Assembly: GCA_040954595.2 (NCBI GenBank)
Contig: CM082579.2
Location: forward strand, 2,059,908-2,123,907
Reading direction: 5' to 3'
DNA: 64,000 nucleotides
Source: Balanoglossus misakiensis
Lineage: Eukaryota; Animalia; Hemichordata
The position numbers and the translations under genes are program-made. This document shows, one piece after another, positions 42,759-62,803 of the stretch; positions within the stretch are counted from its first letter, which is position 1, and the number at the start of each line of letters is the position of its first letter. The notes beneath the pieces were generated by a model. It did not search any database and had not been told where the DNA came from. It worked only from the letters and a program-made list of their open reading frames with translations.

Positions 42759-44077
42759 ATGGACCTCTTCACGACGAAACAGCCGTACAATATACTCATC
42801 ATGAACTGCAGGCAAAATGTCCAGCTGGACACCATCGCCGCTCTCTTCCACTCACTGGAGAGGAAGATACCGAATCTGCCGTTGGAAATCAAGATTAAGA
42901 CCCGATACTTCGAATACGAAGATCAGGATGCCATCAGCGAGGAGATGAGCGAGGCATTGTTCACGCCTGACATTTTCGACGACAAACCCGACTGTGGATG
43001 CCTGGTCTTCAATGCACGAGAGTCAAGACTCTCAATCAATGAACCGAATGCGGGGATAGGTTTCTACAAAATCTACACCGCGTTGAAACAAATTACCGGT
43101 ATGTACTATAAAGTTCGCCACTCGCTCTCAACGAGATTACCATCAGTCCAATGATAGCTTTTGAACGATTTCCAGTCGGTTATTTGTGGAGAATTTTGGC
43201 GAGATCCCCAAGGGGTTACAGTACTGGCAGTCTGGCCACTGGCTTTAGCCGGTAATTTCGCATGCATACATAAGCGTTCCGTTTTTACATTTACACTTGC
43301 GTTGGCTAATGATGTGAATAATATCATTTCACAGATGATCACGTTGTTATAATTGTCGCCAAAGATTCCGACTACAAAAAGAAGAACCAGCTGGTGTCTG
43401 ACAGCGTTTTGATGAAAGTCTCGTCTCAGTTCAAACGACATTACCTGTACGGTCCCCTCGGGTATGTTTTCTCCTGGAACAGCGGTCACCAGGCGGTTCA
43501 CGAGGAGACAATGCTGAAATTCATTCTCCCGACCCAGTGGGAATGCTTCATCGACGACTTGAAGCCTAAAGTGGAGGCGCCGAAGCCGGAAAGACCGATA
43601 GCCGCAGAAAACACCCAGCCCGCTTCTCTCACGAGGTACTCTCCGACGGCGGAAGCACAGGAAAGGGCTAAACACCTGGTCATCAAGAAACCACCTGGCT
43701 TCGACAACGCTGACCGCTGCCAGCACAACGTACTCCTGAACATCAAAGAGTACTGTCAACAGCTGGAGAGCAGGGGATCGCGATCTGGCTGGAAGGTCAG
43801 GAAGGTTCTGGCATGGAACGGGCACGACATCGATGAACGGTTCGGCGAGACTGTGAGAAGTCTCGGACTGGGAGACGACGAGAACGTGCCCCAGTGGCTC
43901 TTTGAGGAAAGCAGAGAAATCTTACAGTGTAAACAAAATCCAGCTTTGATAGCGTTCATATCTGTCAAAGAAAGCACAGGCGAAATCGAGATCATCACAA
44001 AAGACATCAGAAACCTGGAAAGTTTCAAAATCAGTTACGATATTTTCCAAAGAGGAAACATTTGTGCGATCTTGTAA
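42759..44077 (+). CDS. Gene D: uncharacterised 360-aa protein, two coding exons, C-terminal CaaX box (CAIL)
   Basis: Exon 42759-43098 (ATG; GTATGT donor) and exon 43335-44077 (ACAG acceptor) join in phase 1, linking ORFs 42735-43154 and 43394-44077. Coding-like GC-rich codons. AATAAA at 44225. Ends ...QRGNICAIL*. Confidence 0.85.
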
Positions 44078-44329
44078 AACAATACGCAAACCACCTGTTG
44101 AATGTACGCCATAGGCGAATGGTCCAATTTTTCTTCTTCATTTCGAATTTCCAAGTTCGCGCCGACTAGGCATTTTTTCATATTTCATATATATTGTAAA
44201 GAAAAAAAATTATTTGTGTTAATTAATAAATAAAAACAACTTAGGCTCAAAACCAGGTGAGACAACGTTCATGAACAAAAAAATGAAGGTCATCAAATAA
44301 AGTTACACACTCCAGATGTATCTGTGTAA

Positions 44330-44640
44330 ATATGTTTTATTAATAAGATCAACTCAGAATATTAGACGAAGAAAAACAATTCCATATCTCATGGCTACAT
44401 AATTATTAATCACGTCTGGACATGACACCTTCTCGTATAACAAAGAGACAGGGTAAACATTTAAACATACGGACAACAGGTGAAAGCCTCTGGTTATAGC
44501 AAATGAGTGTTAGTTATATATTTATGAAACATATTTTTATTAATAAGGTCACCTCAGCAGAGTAAAAAATGAAAACAATCCAGGATCACTAACATTGAAT
44601 ATGACAACGCAATTATTAATTACTGTCGCATCTGGATATG
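44330..44640. repeat. Two diverged direct-repeat copies (about 95-110 bp, 200-bp spacing) between the convergent 3' ends of genes D and B
   Basis: atatgttttattaataagatcaactcag..aaaacaat..aattattaat..tctggacatg (44330-44424) versus atatttttattaataaggtcacctcag..aaaacaat..aattattaat..tctggatatg (44531-44640). Confidence 0.7.
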
Positions 44641-45049
44641 GTTAATTGAAGTAAACAAAGAAATCTGAGTATGCAACGAAATATTTCAAAATAACTGTGT
44701 GCAAAGTGTCTTGGGTGTATAATGAAAATTGAATATGGCAGAGGGAATAAAAGTTGGATAAAGACAGATTTTTCATTAACGGTTCAAGGCGGATTGAGCT
44801 GTATATACACAAGAAACACAACTTTACCGTCAGAACAAAGGCTGAGCAGGTTTAGGAATTCGACAAGTTTGAGGCGTGTTTTGGCGTTGCGTGATTTGAG
44901 ATCGTTTAATATACAGCCTGAGTGTATTACGTCACTTTCGCATATTCAAAATAACATCTGCGACATTTGGTCGGCAGAAATTCCTTCCGGAGAGTTTCAA
45001 ATACATTGACAGTAAAGCTGACAGCTTCCGACTCGGCGGATAGTGCTTG

Positions 45050-52073
<7,024 letters not shown>

Positions 52074-52320
52074 AATCTTACACAGTCACAGTATAGTTGA
52101 ATGCGACACAGGCTTTTGTGACCAGTGTCACATATTGGTGTTAGCCATTTCTGTGCCAAAGAGCAAACGTGGGTTGTTGTTAACTATTAACCAACTTCGC
52201 CGTCGGTGGTTTCAGGGGTAACGTTGAGTCATTTCAAAAGTTTGTTGTCGACAGAAGGGATTGTCGGGGAGGTGATCATTCTGATCACTGTCACCTACCA
52301 GTAATTAACCAGCTCTTACC
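52074..52320. promoter_or_regulatory. Putative bidirectional promoter between genes B and C
   Basis: Only 247 bp separate the divergent start codons (52073 on -, 52321 on +). Contains an AP-1 consensus TGAGTCA at about 52225-52231. Confidence 0.55.
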
Positions 52321-54992
52321 ATGGGAACAAAAAATTCAACGGTTAAAAAGGTAAGGCACGCATTTATTCAAATGAATAGCACAGACTATATTTCAAAACT
52401 AGTGTAATACGTAAAGTTGCTCTTTTCGGTGTGGTGTCGCGGTCCATGAAATTCTTCTGGTGAAGGCCCTAATGACGAAATCGCGTGACAGGAATTTGCT
52501 GCTTTAATAGTTGCCTGCCGAAGAGTATACCCTGTCCAGTTTTGGGACGAGGTTATTGGCCGGTAATGGGACTATGCACTATTAACATATCTATTGATAT
52601 GACATCAATTATGATTAACTGGGATTTTTGATAAAAACTTCCCATTCAAACCAAATGACCGATACCTCTGTGTGTCTGACAAGCTATGCGCCCTGCTTCG
52701 TCCACATAGGTTCATGGCCAGGAAAAAGATGCAGTTGAACGGGGAAAGATACAGGCACAGAGGGAATTCGCCGAGGAAGAGCAAAGGCGTCGGAAGCGCC
52801 AGCAAAGTGAAGCAATGGAAGAGTTGAAAGAGCGTGTTGCCAAGGAGAAGCGATGCCTTGAAGCGTATGAACCGGGGACCATGATTGGTCCTACCGAATT
52901 TGAGGACATCGATTTAAGCGACATAACTTCGATCAGAATAGGTAATATAGACATATTCTGTATAATATTACAAATATATCATTGGCGCGGGGCTTGCTGA
53001 AGCGACCCACGCTACAATATCATATCATATATGTACGTTTACTGACATATTTCATCGTTATATCTCTCTCTCCCCCCCCCCCCTCTTCACTTTAGCCGTT
53101 ATTGGTCCAACTGGAGGAGGCAAGACATGTTTTATTAATTTAGTTGAAACAATTCTCCTGGGAGAAGATCACGTGACGGCCATTCCCCAGAGTGCCTCCG
53201 GCGAGGGCGGTCTTTACCTACTACCACATCTGTCGGAACTCAACTTTAGGTTACTGGATTCTCGTGGTTTCTTCGGCTTGGGCGAACAGTTCAAAGACGA
53301 GCTCATAAAAATTTTGTCAGGTGCGATATCTTTGGCAGACATACATTTAGTAGATATAGAAAGATATGGATCTTTCATGAGAGGAAACCCTGTGCCACTT
53401 AGGAAAAAATAAACAGTGGCGGTTAATTTGAATTTCAAATACTGGTATAATTTGGCGTGGTTTGACTAATCCAAAATTTGCATGGTAACTCCTCTTGTGC
53501 AAAAAAAACTTGGAAATTCAGGCTTTCATCTATTTCTTGCAGGGCGTATCAAAGAAAACGAACCTATACCGCGTCCCGATGACAGCTACGGAGATCATCA
53601 GCACCTGCGCAGTATCATTGCCAAACGTCCAATCGCCACGCTGTCCGAGTGCATCCATGGAATAATATGCGTGTTAGATTATGACGATCCCAAGTTTATG
53701 GAATATGCCGACGAAGCCAAAGAATATCGACAGTTGTTAAGACAAAACGGTAAGCTTATAATATCTACCGGTGTGCATGTTAGAATGATGTTTTTTAACC
53801 ACAAACTATATCTTCATTGTTGTATGGCAAACAACAATGGTACTGTTGGCCAAAGAACCCTATGTCACCGAAATCCTGACCAATGTTCACATGTCACATA
53901 CCAGGCCGCGGTTCAGCTCTACCACGCAGTAAATTATTTATCATCGATCGCGCGATCTTGGTCGAAGCCGATCACGTTCATTTGAGTTATCTTCACGTTA
54001 GCAATGCAGAGTCTGAAAATAATCTTTTAAGGTTAAAAATGCTGTAACCTGTCGCACCTTTAGTGCATTTTGTGATGACTCACCGCGAAATATACATAGC
54101 GGGTATCTCATCGCGATACCTTCAGTTATTCTTATCTATGCGTTAACTATCAAATTTATCCATGTTAATACAGTAAGATAACTGTCAACCCGGATCCAGT
54201 GTTGAAAGCCGTACAGTATTGTTTTCAGACTTTTCCCTGCGTCTTTACTTATTTCAGGTTACTCTCCAGTTGCCGTGGTGACCTACAAACATGACAAAAC
54301 GAGCAAAGAACTGACGAAGGATGAAAAGGAAAACCGACAAATGGAGGCGGCAAAATCAATCGGCAGCTCCCTCGACAGAACCTTCAGCTTAGAAAATCAC
54401 GTTGCCCTGGGAACGGATATCACCCTGGACTCTGAAATGACAATAGTGGAGGTTTTGAAGACAGCACTGATGGGAGCCGAGGGATTCGTCAAAGTTCAAA
54501 AACAACTCGAAAAGTACAAAGTGGAGGATGAGATCCGGGACATGCTCACAGAAGGTAAATGATCGATTTCCCTTCATCCTTTTTTACATCTGGCATTTCC
54601 AGTTTCGAAAGAAAGTAGAATGATTTTAACCAGATTGACTCGGGCTGAAACTTAGTGATACTCTCACCAGCAGTGAAAAGCTGACAAGCGCGGGCGCACT
54701 TTGTCAGGTGCTTTTAGAATGAGAAGTCCAACATTTCTTTAATTGTTGTAACGCTGCTCTTTATATATTTGTTTTAGATCAGAGGATGTGCATCGTGGAT
54801 TTCATGAGGTCACTGGGGGAGAAATACGACTGGAGCAAAAAGGAGGTCAGCGAAATCATCGCCATCTTTGACAGCAACTACATCGACACCGTGGAACGCC
54901 TTCAGAGGAAATGGGATGAAGTAGAGGGTATGGTTGTGTCATGGGCGATCAGGCAACTTATCAAGGAAGAGCTGGATGACATGTTCCTCTGA
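52321..54992 (+). CDS. Gene C: IFI44-like P-loop GTPase with N-myristoylation motif and C-terminal SAM-like domain (about 401 aa, 6 exons)
   Basis: Exons 52321-52350 (accATGG; MGTKNSTVKK; GTAAGG donor), 52710-52941, 53096-53320, 53543-53749, 54258-54554, 54778-54992; phases compatible. Motifs: IRIAVIGPTGGGKT, LLDSRGF, ECIHGIICV, GYSPVAVVTYKHD, TFSLENH..EVLKTALMGAEGFV. Confidence 0.87.
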
Positions 54993-56343
54993 ACCCTCCC
55001 TTTTACCTCCTGCGATTGGCCATTGCGTCGGACCACATATAATACGAACTACGGGATTGGCGCGCTCAGTGTTGGGGTCGGGCATACTAAACGAACGAGA
55101 TATTCAGCGATAATTTCGCTTTAGTGTTTGTTCTTTGTGTTGTTCTGAATGCACGTCGAACATTTGCGTGTGAGCGGGGAAGTACAGTATCACGCGCCTT
55201 GCGGATATGCGCGGACAATTTGTTTTGGGAACATGAGAATATTATTGTGAAATTCAAATATCTGACACCTCTGCAGTAAATTTCTGTAAATTCGAAATAA
55301 AATGACTTTGTTAGGTACAGTGCACTATATGCCAAATATGTATTTTTATATGTTGTTAATTCGTGAGTCATAACACATGATATAAATCTCTTATAATAAT
55401 GTCACGGTTGATTCCGCAAGTTCAAAAATTTTGACTCACAGATTCTGCGAAATCCAAACGGTTTTTCCTGGTTAATTACGCGGACGGTAGCTACGCGACC
55501 CTTTTATTTCATTGTCATCCATATCAGTTTGGAACGACGCGGAAGTTCATTTCGTTTACAATATACCTTGTCAGTTTCAGATCGCTTTTCTGATACCACG
55601 GCCTAAATAAAATATACCAGAATTACATATACAACGTTTTATTCCAGCATTCTTGTTAGAAGGAAGTATTATCGGCAAACGTGAAGCCAGGCAACACGCG
55701 ACAAAAAATTATTTCCCAAGCGAAGAGTCACTTCACCTGTCCCAAACATCAAATAATCTGGTGGCTTGGACATCAATGGAAGGTCAAAGTGAATAGGTCA
55801 AAGGGCAGTTAAAAGTGAAGGAAGAAAACTGAAATACCTGATATCATGTCTTTCTGAATATAGTTAATAAATAATAAATCTGTGGTGGAAATGGGGATGT
55901 ATAAGTCTTTCGTGGCACAGACCTGGCAACTTCAAAACGATATGAATTAAACACAAACGTGTCCGCATATAGAGGGAATTGTGGGAACACTCTTTATTTC
56001 GTGACATACTTGATGCCTGTGAGGGCTGCGTGGACCCAGTATTCCCTGAATTTTATTTCATTTCTGATCTGTATAGACACAGAACTAACCAAGCACAAGC
56101 CGCTACGACTATGTGCACATTGCACACAATCCATGGTCAAAATGCGTTCTATGTGTCCCAAAAAGATTTGTCTGAATGTTGGATCGTGCACAACCTTTGT
56201 TGGAATATGTCAGCGCATCTCGCTACACGACAGTATTCAAACGACGGTACTCAAACAAGGGTGCTGTTTTTGGCCATGGAGCCCTGGGTATATGAAATCA
56301 AGTAATCCTGTTTTTCTATGCGCGAGTTGAAAAAGTAGTTAGT

Positions 56344-58323
56344 TCATTTGTGTTGTTTCGCTTCTTCTTTGCTTTCAGAGTCAACCTGTATTGTGTAGTC
56401 ACTTTGGTCGATTTGGGTGGGATCATTCACTCCTGTGTTGCTAAGGTTACATGTACCATAATTCGGACAGACCGTTGTCTTTGATTCCAGTTTATTAGAG
56501 TAACTATTTTTTTGCTCATCGGCAATTCTTATGCTGGTGATTGCAGCTGGGTCTGTTGCGCACACTTGAACGTAATCAGCCGCGTCACTTGGTGCATTTT
56601 CCTTGGTGGCGTTTTCAGGCATGTTAAGTAAATCAGACGACTGCTCTGTACCTGAAGGTGCCGTGACGACATACGTGTTCGGCTGTGCTACCTTGTACGG
56701 CACCGACATTTCCGAACGCTCAAGGTCGGAATAGCGGCGGTGCTGCCAGACGCGGTCGTTTGGCGGCGTTATCGGACCCTGCGTTGACCTGAAGTCACAA
56801 AACCACTGACGGAATGCCGATTCCGCCGCCGACTCGATGATGTAAAAATTGACGACGCCGAAAAAGAGCCCGGCAGCAAAGAATGTTATAACTGACACAG
56901 TTCCCATCGACAGGGGACTTTCTGTGGCAATTGACAGCGCTATGGCAACCACTGGTACAACGCCCCTTAATACGATGGTGAAAATCACACCAAGGAATTT
57001 ATTACACTTGTAAAAGAAGGTGTTCCTCCGCTGTAGTTTCTTCAGATATTTGCCCAGTTCGATGAACACGTTTCCACCTTCTAAAATAGTACCGATCACG
57101 CCGTAGATGGCGTTCTCCTTCGAGTCAATTATCACCGACAAGGCGACGACGGCGATCACGTGGTGAACTATGGTCATCTTGAAGTGAGGTGTCCTGCCGA
57201 AGGTGAAGAGTTCGCGGAAATTCCTGAACAAATAGAAGCCGAGGACGACAGAAAAGACGATCTGTGTGACTCTGTCTGTTGGACCACGGAAGGGCTTTTC
57301 CAGAACATCGGTCGTAAACAGCAGGTAAAAACCGACAAAGGGAAGCGTTGCTTGGAAAAGCGAGTCTAAATAACTGCAAAAAAAAGAGAAAGGAAGAGAA
57401 ATAAACCATTAAACACTATAAAATATATCATTTCATCACATGGTCACTGATTAGTGGCTTTTATGTACTTTCCCACCGAGCGAAGGTAATATTTAAGACA
57501 CGTAAAAAGGTTGGACAGGTTTTTTGTTTCCTTCTTCCGGGTTTCAATGTCAATCGTACGCATCTTTGATTATTAAGGCTGGACGTCAGCCAATTTTATT
57601 TATTGTTGGGCGAAATCCTTGTTGAACTGACTGTAAATGCATATATCGTCGATTCAGCATTGATAACGATGAAACGAAACGCAAATCTATCATAAAGCCA
57701 CTTTTAACGATAGCCCGACATACCAGCTGGTACAATGCAGATGATATCGTCGATTATACAAAAAAAAGCGAAAGCTTTTATTGCCAGGGTCAAGAATGCA
57801 AACAACTTGAAGGTAACGCACGATAATATTGAGACGAAATGTCAGGTGACTCGGCCAAAAACAAAAGAAGACGTTGGTTTACGCAGTTGAAGAAATTACA
57901 TGACGTTCACATCAAATTTTAATATCTTTCCGATTGCGTTGTTTGGAATTCGACCAACGTACTTTCCTTTCGGAATTTGGTCGAAGAATCTACTCGTGTA
58001 GTGCAAAATTCATTCGCCGTCGTGTCTTTGCGTGAAAGCGTTTTGCTCAGTCCTGACAAAGGATCCCCGAAAGGTATATTTCTATTCGAAAAAAGCGTTA
58101 TGACTGATTTGACAAGTACTTACAATCTACGCACTTCTTCTCTGTTTGTAGTATGGATAACTTGTAGGCGTTGCGACGAAGATCTGCCGAGGAGACAGCC
58201 GAAGAGTTTGTCGATAAAAATGAAATTAGTGAAATACAAGAGAACGCAGCCGTTGACCGTGACGGACGCATACAAAAGCAATTCCAGAGCCTCGGCCATC
58301 GATGTCCCATGTCCACTGGTCAT
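56344..58323 (-). CDS. TLC (TRAM/LAG1/CLN8) domain multi-pass membrane protein, about 409 aa, two exons
   Basis: Exon 58124-58323 (GTAAGT donor, phase 2) plus exon 56344-57373 (TTGCAG acceptor), in frame with ORF 56344-57231. Several hydrophobic helices, MTIVHHV (HH motif), ILEGGNVF (E-x-x-x-x-F motif) and FTIVLRG, as in TLCD/TMEM56-type proteins. Long polar C-terminal tail. Confidence 0.85.
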
Positions 58324-58494
58324 TTTGTTTTGCTTTCCACCGGAATCAGTTAGCCTACTTCGATTTACTGAAGGGGGTCTTGAAATAAGTACTCCTTATG
58401 TGTTTTGTAGTTTTTGTTGCGGTTCGACATGCTGCATCTGTTTTATATATGTGCGCCTGCGCTAATAAAGGTGCACTGGTAATGCTTGCACAAT

Positions 58495-58531
58495 GGGGAT
58501 TTCCCGTTTTGTACCGTTCGTTCACTTCCGG
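58495..58531. promoter_or_regulatory. NF-kB consensus (GGGGATTTCCC) and ETS core (CACTTCCGG) upstream of the TLC gene
   Basis: Exact motifs at 58495-58505 and about 58523-58531, 170-210 bp upstream of the ATG at 58323. Motif match only. Confidence 0.35.
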
Positions 58532-61500
58532 GTAGAGGGGCTTTTTGGTCCTCACATTTTATTTCTGCGTGTTTTTGTTCTTTTACTTGTGCGATTAGTC
58601 AAATGACAATTTCCACACACAGAGTCAGTCTGGTTTGCACGGGTAAATGTGTTCACGGTACATCACCACCAGGTAGGTTTGTTTGTGTGTGTGTGTGTTT
58701 GGCTTTTTGTTAGCGTCAGTTTTAACGGACTTTTGACTTATGACTTATGGCGACGAGACTTAAGAGTCTTGTCAATGGGAAGGCCGGGTCACAAACTGCC
58801 TGTGGTCACTTTTGACAGTATTTTGGTTATTTTAGGTTTTTTGATGGGCTATATGTTGTTCTAACGAAATGTCAACCCGCACAGTCGACATAAGACGTGA
58901 ATGCTTTCATTTAATTTTTGGTCAAGAAATGTGTCTTGTTTCATTAATCTGTTGTTTGACAATTATGAGTTTGAAGCGTTGCTATTGATACAGCACTATT
59001 TTTCCATTTTAAAAGGTCATTTCCAAATTCTCCAGACAAATTCCAAATTCTCTTGCGCTCTCTTTCTTGTTGCATTCACATGTACAATCGAACCTGAAAA
59101 ACACTCTCTCAGGTTAGGAAAAGGAAGTAAACCAGCCTGTCCATTATTCTACTACGATCGAAATCGGAACATAATCGACATGAATGTAGACGCTTTACAG
59201 GCCTATATATTTTCGAACATTGTTCTCGTCAGGTCAAGATCACCTTACTTGAATCCGACTGCGTCCGGTTGAAACATCACCCATGCATTTCAATATCTAT
59301 TGCCGGGTTATCGCAACAACGCGGAAGTAGACAGTATAAGTGTAAAATGACCCCCGACCTCTGTTCGAGGATATTTCTGCCCAATTAATCAACTCCCACT
59401 TTGGAGAGTGTCCGGGTTTTGAAAAATCGAACACATTCGGATATTCGGGGAATTTTTGAGGTGATATGAACTTCGGTCAATGACAGTCGGTTAACATAAA
59501 AAAATGAAAGAAAGGTTATTGGACCTTTTCGGAAATTCGGTACAGTCATGCTCTTACAGGGTAGCTTTACGGACTTTTTCGTATTTGGGATGAAAAATCA
59601 ACAAATGATTACTCTCATGCTTTGGTAATAAACTCGATTATTACAATTATCAGAATTCTGCTGAGTTTAAAATTCAAACCAATCATTGGTTGCTTGATTT
59701 GACAATCTTTCAGGTAGATCCGGAACGCGGCAAGAAAATGCAGAAATGCTCTCTTCAGACTAAAACAATTTTTTTTCTCTCGAAAGGATGACTTGGATTA
59801 GGGCAGGCTATGAGTATTTTTTCTAATGTCATCGGTGCTTTGATTCGCATGAACCACGGACAATCTTTTCGAAGTACGCGTGACTCCTTCAAAGGAACGC
59901 GTGTGAGGGTACTACAATCTGAGCTAATGCATCTTCCCTGGCGTCATATATCGAGTTAACTCCCCACCCTCCGCCAATTTTCCAATGACGGTGTAGGACG
60001 ATTTACCCCACTTGAGTTTGGCGTGACTGCGTTGATAAATGATACGTTCATTCATGGCGAATAGCCCCCACCTCCGTAGACCACTTGGTGTTTTAACAGT
60101 GAAGTGAAAGTGAATAATTCCTAACATTTAACGGTATGTGAACGAGTGTCGTCTTTGGTTTACAAAGATTTGTCAACACTTACATTGAAGAACCCTGTCG
60201 TTCCACGAAAGCGCTCTGAGACGGTTCTTACACATGGAATTTTCGATCTCTACTACTTCACACAAGTAGAAAACCGTTTTGTGCTGTACACACCATCTAG
60301 GAGATATAGTAATCATAGCAATAGTTTTTGTACGCATAAAACTTCATTCGTCACAGTCCGGCAACTCCAGAAAAAAAATCACACTTGTCGCACGCGCGAG
60401 TCGGCAGCTAAAGGTAGACAGAAAACCACAAGTATGTTGTGGTCTTATGACGGATGTTCCTGCGAGAATTAATACCGCAAATTTCCGGATTGACGCGTTT
60501 CTTGCGCACCGCAAACAAGGCGTGACATAAGTGTGGTTCAGCCCCCACCTACGCTGACTTTCGCTGGCCGGGACAGTCACTGCTTCACCTAAACAATTTT
60601 TCGCTTCCTGAACTTCTAAGCCTACAATGTGTTTTATAGAGGTCATCGTCCGATTGACAGAGTTGATGATGACTTGGTGGATCGTATGTTTTCTTGTGGA
60701 TAATTCCTTTTCGACATTTTGTTGACAAGGACGGTTCCCTTTTCAGAGAAATCTATTATGAAATGTATTGTTGCCCGCTGCATGGAAGGAAGTACTTGTA
60801 GTCTACGCAAGTCAAGTGGGAAGAACACGGTGTGAGTGATCAGGGAAGCGTTGTTTCAAATGAAATCATTTTCAGTCACAAAATAAACAAGGACATTCCT
60901 TCAGCAGTTCCCCATGGGCCGGATACAATGTAGTGGGAAGAGGGAAGGTGCACAGATGCTTGGTGATATTGTGTCGGGTGGGAATGACATGGATTTTTTT
61001 TGGGAGTCCCGTTAACGGTTGTTGACCGTTTGTTGCGCATGGTCGGATTTGCCTGCATGACTTGGCGCACGAACACACAACACTCGTCACAAACAACTAC
61101 AATTGGACCGGCACTGAAGTGGCCATATAGTTATATCGGCGAAATGCCAGAGATGAAAATAAAGTCGAAATTGCTGTTTCCGCCTGTCCAAGGCCAATTA
61201 TGACTAATCATTCAATAACAATTCTCCCAAACACCTTGCTATATTCATATCTTGCCGGTATTTAAAGATCACTCACATACTGGTATATGTAGTTCCCTTT
61301 AATAGCGTAAATCTACTGCATTTTACTCCATGTACTCTGGGTTTTCCATTTTGGTGATTCCAATCTTCAAAAGGGAAAGTGAAAATCGCAAATTTGCACC
61401 GTTTCTTTGGTACTCAGTTGTGATTTGTGGACCGACACGGAAGTTACCTTTGAGTAGCAAACGAACGTGATTTCCTTACAAATTTAAAACTTCACGGGGA

Positions 61501-62405
61501 TCACCTTGTCATGAGTAAGACTACGAGTAATAGCGTGTGCCACAATAGGGGGTATTCACGCATAAACCTGTCGGCAAGGACAGGAGGAAAAAACATATAC
61601 CAGGCGATAATGATTGGATGAGGCCAAAACTGGAAAGTACGCATTGGCGACACGGAAACGGTGTTGTCCATTAACGTACAGACAAAGAAAAAAATGCCTT
61701 TGTCTATTTTTAATGCGAGAATTACGAGACCCTGACATGGGTATTCGACCTTAACCCCTTGGACCAATTGGCGGAACGTTGGAGAGGCTGTTTTGACTGT
61801 CGAATTTCCCACCACCATCACCAGGCAACATGCGCACAAATTAAAAAAAAATTGAGTGGGTCCAAGGGCCGAGTACCCACATGTCGCGCCTGTAGCGTTT
61901 GTGTCCGTTCCCAATGTCGATGGTGGAAAACACAACAACGCGGAAAACCTCTTGCATACGGCCGGAATTGCAATGCATACTTCAGATGGCTTATGGACAC
62001 GATGAATCAAGACTGAAATCTATCAAGCGATTTTTGAACATTTACATATGTGTGCGTGATTGTAGGAATCCAACTTTGTCAGACCAGACACATCTGTAAT
62101 AGGCCTTTGGGTAAAAATGTGCCATTTTCTATATCTGACAGATGCGGTACTTATTTCCGAGGTGCTCTGGTTTGTTTCTGTAATATTATAATCAATACTT
62201 TTGTGGTTGTATTACAGGTCGCACCTGGCCTGCAGCAGTTTGCTGTAACTTTGCGTGGTACTGGTGATGCTTATTAACACAAAGAGGATGTGAGCGACTG
62301 ATGACTGTGTAGTATTCACTGAACATTTCACTCAAATTTATAGGACAGAAAACTTGTTTTCTTGATAAAACTGTAGCTCCAGCTGTTTTCAATGATGTAC
62401 TTGTA

Positions 62406-62803
62406 TCATGTCTCAGTGTAATGCTTCAATCTGGAAAATGAATGCAGAATGAAATGGGGTGGTTAGAATTACAGGATTACTATATTTCATTTGCAATTGA
62501 TGGAAAAATGTGTATATAAGAGTGCAGCTGCAAATCAGAAAGCACCACCAGCATAGCTGTACCAGCACAAGTTAGAATGAGTTCATTGGATGCAGTATTA
62601 CGACCGATATCAATGGCCTCTGTCGCGAGTGTTCCCCCTTACTGAACATTAGTCTTTGATTACCTGTAGAGTAACACATTGCCCTTGTTGTTACCAATTG
62701 CCAAGTAACCACTTTGGGGCGAGAAGTCCAAACACGTTGGAGTCTTCAGGGAATTGTTTAACCCTGGAAAGTTGGAAAACACTGTCATGGATGGGAAGTG
62801 GAT
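62406..62803 (-). CDS. UTP18: U3 snoRNA-associated protein 18 (WD40), last two exons; gene extends beyond the right edge
   Basis: Exon 62664-62803 (IHFPSMTVFSNFP..CLDFSPQSGYLAIGNNKGNVLLYR) and exon 62406-62430 (LKHYTET*) match the characteristic UTP18 C-terminus (HLPSxTVFSNFP..DFSPxSGY..GN.KG.A.LYRL.HY). Confidence 0.92.

Noticed and set aside
43106-43825. 239-aa minus-strand ORF
   Set aside because: Antisense to gene D exon 2 and runs through its intron; shadow ORF.
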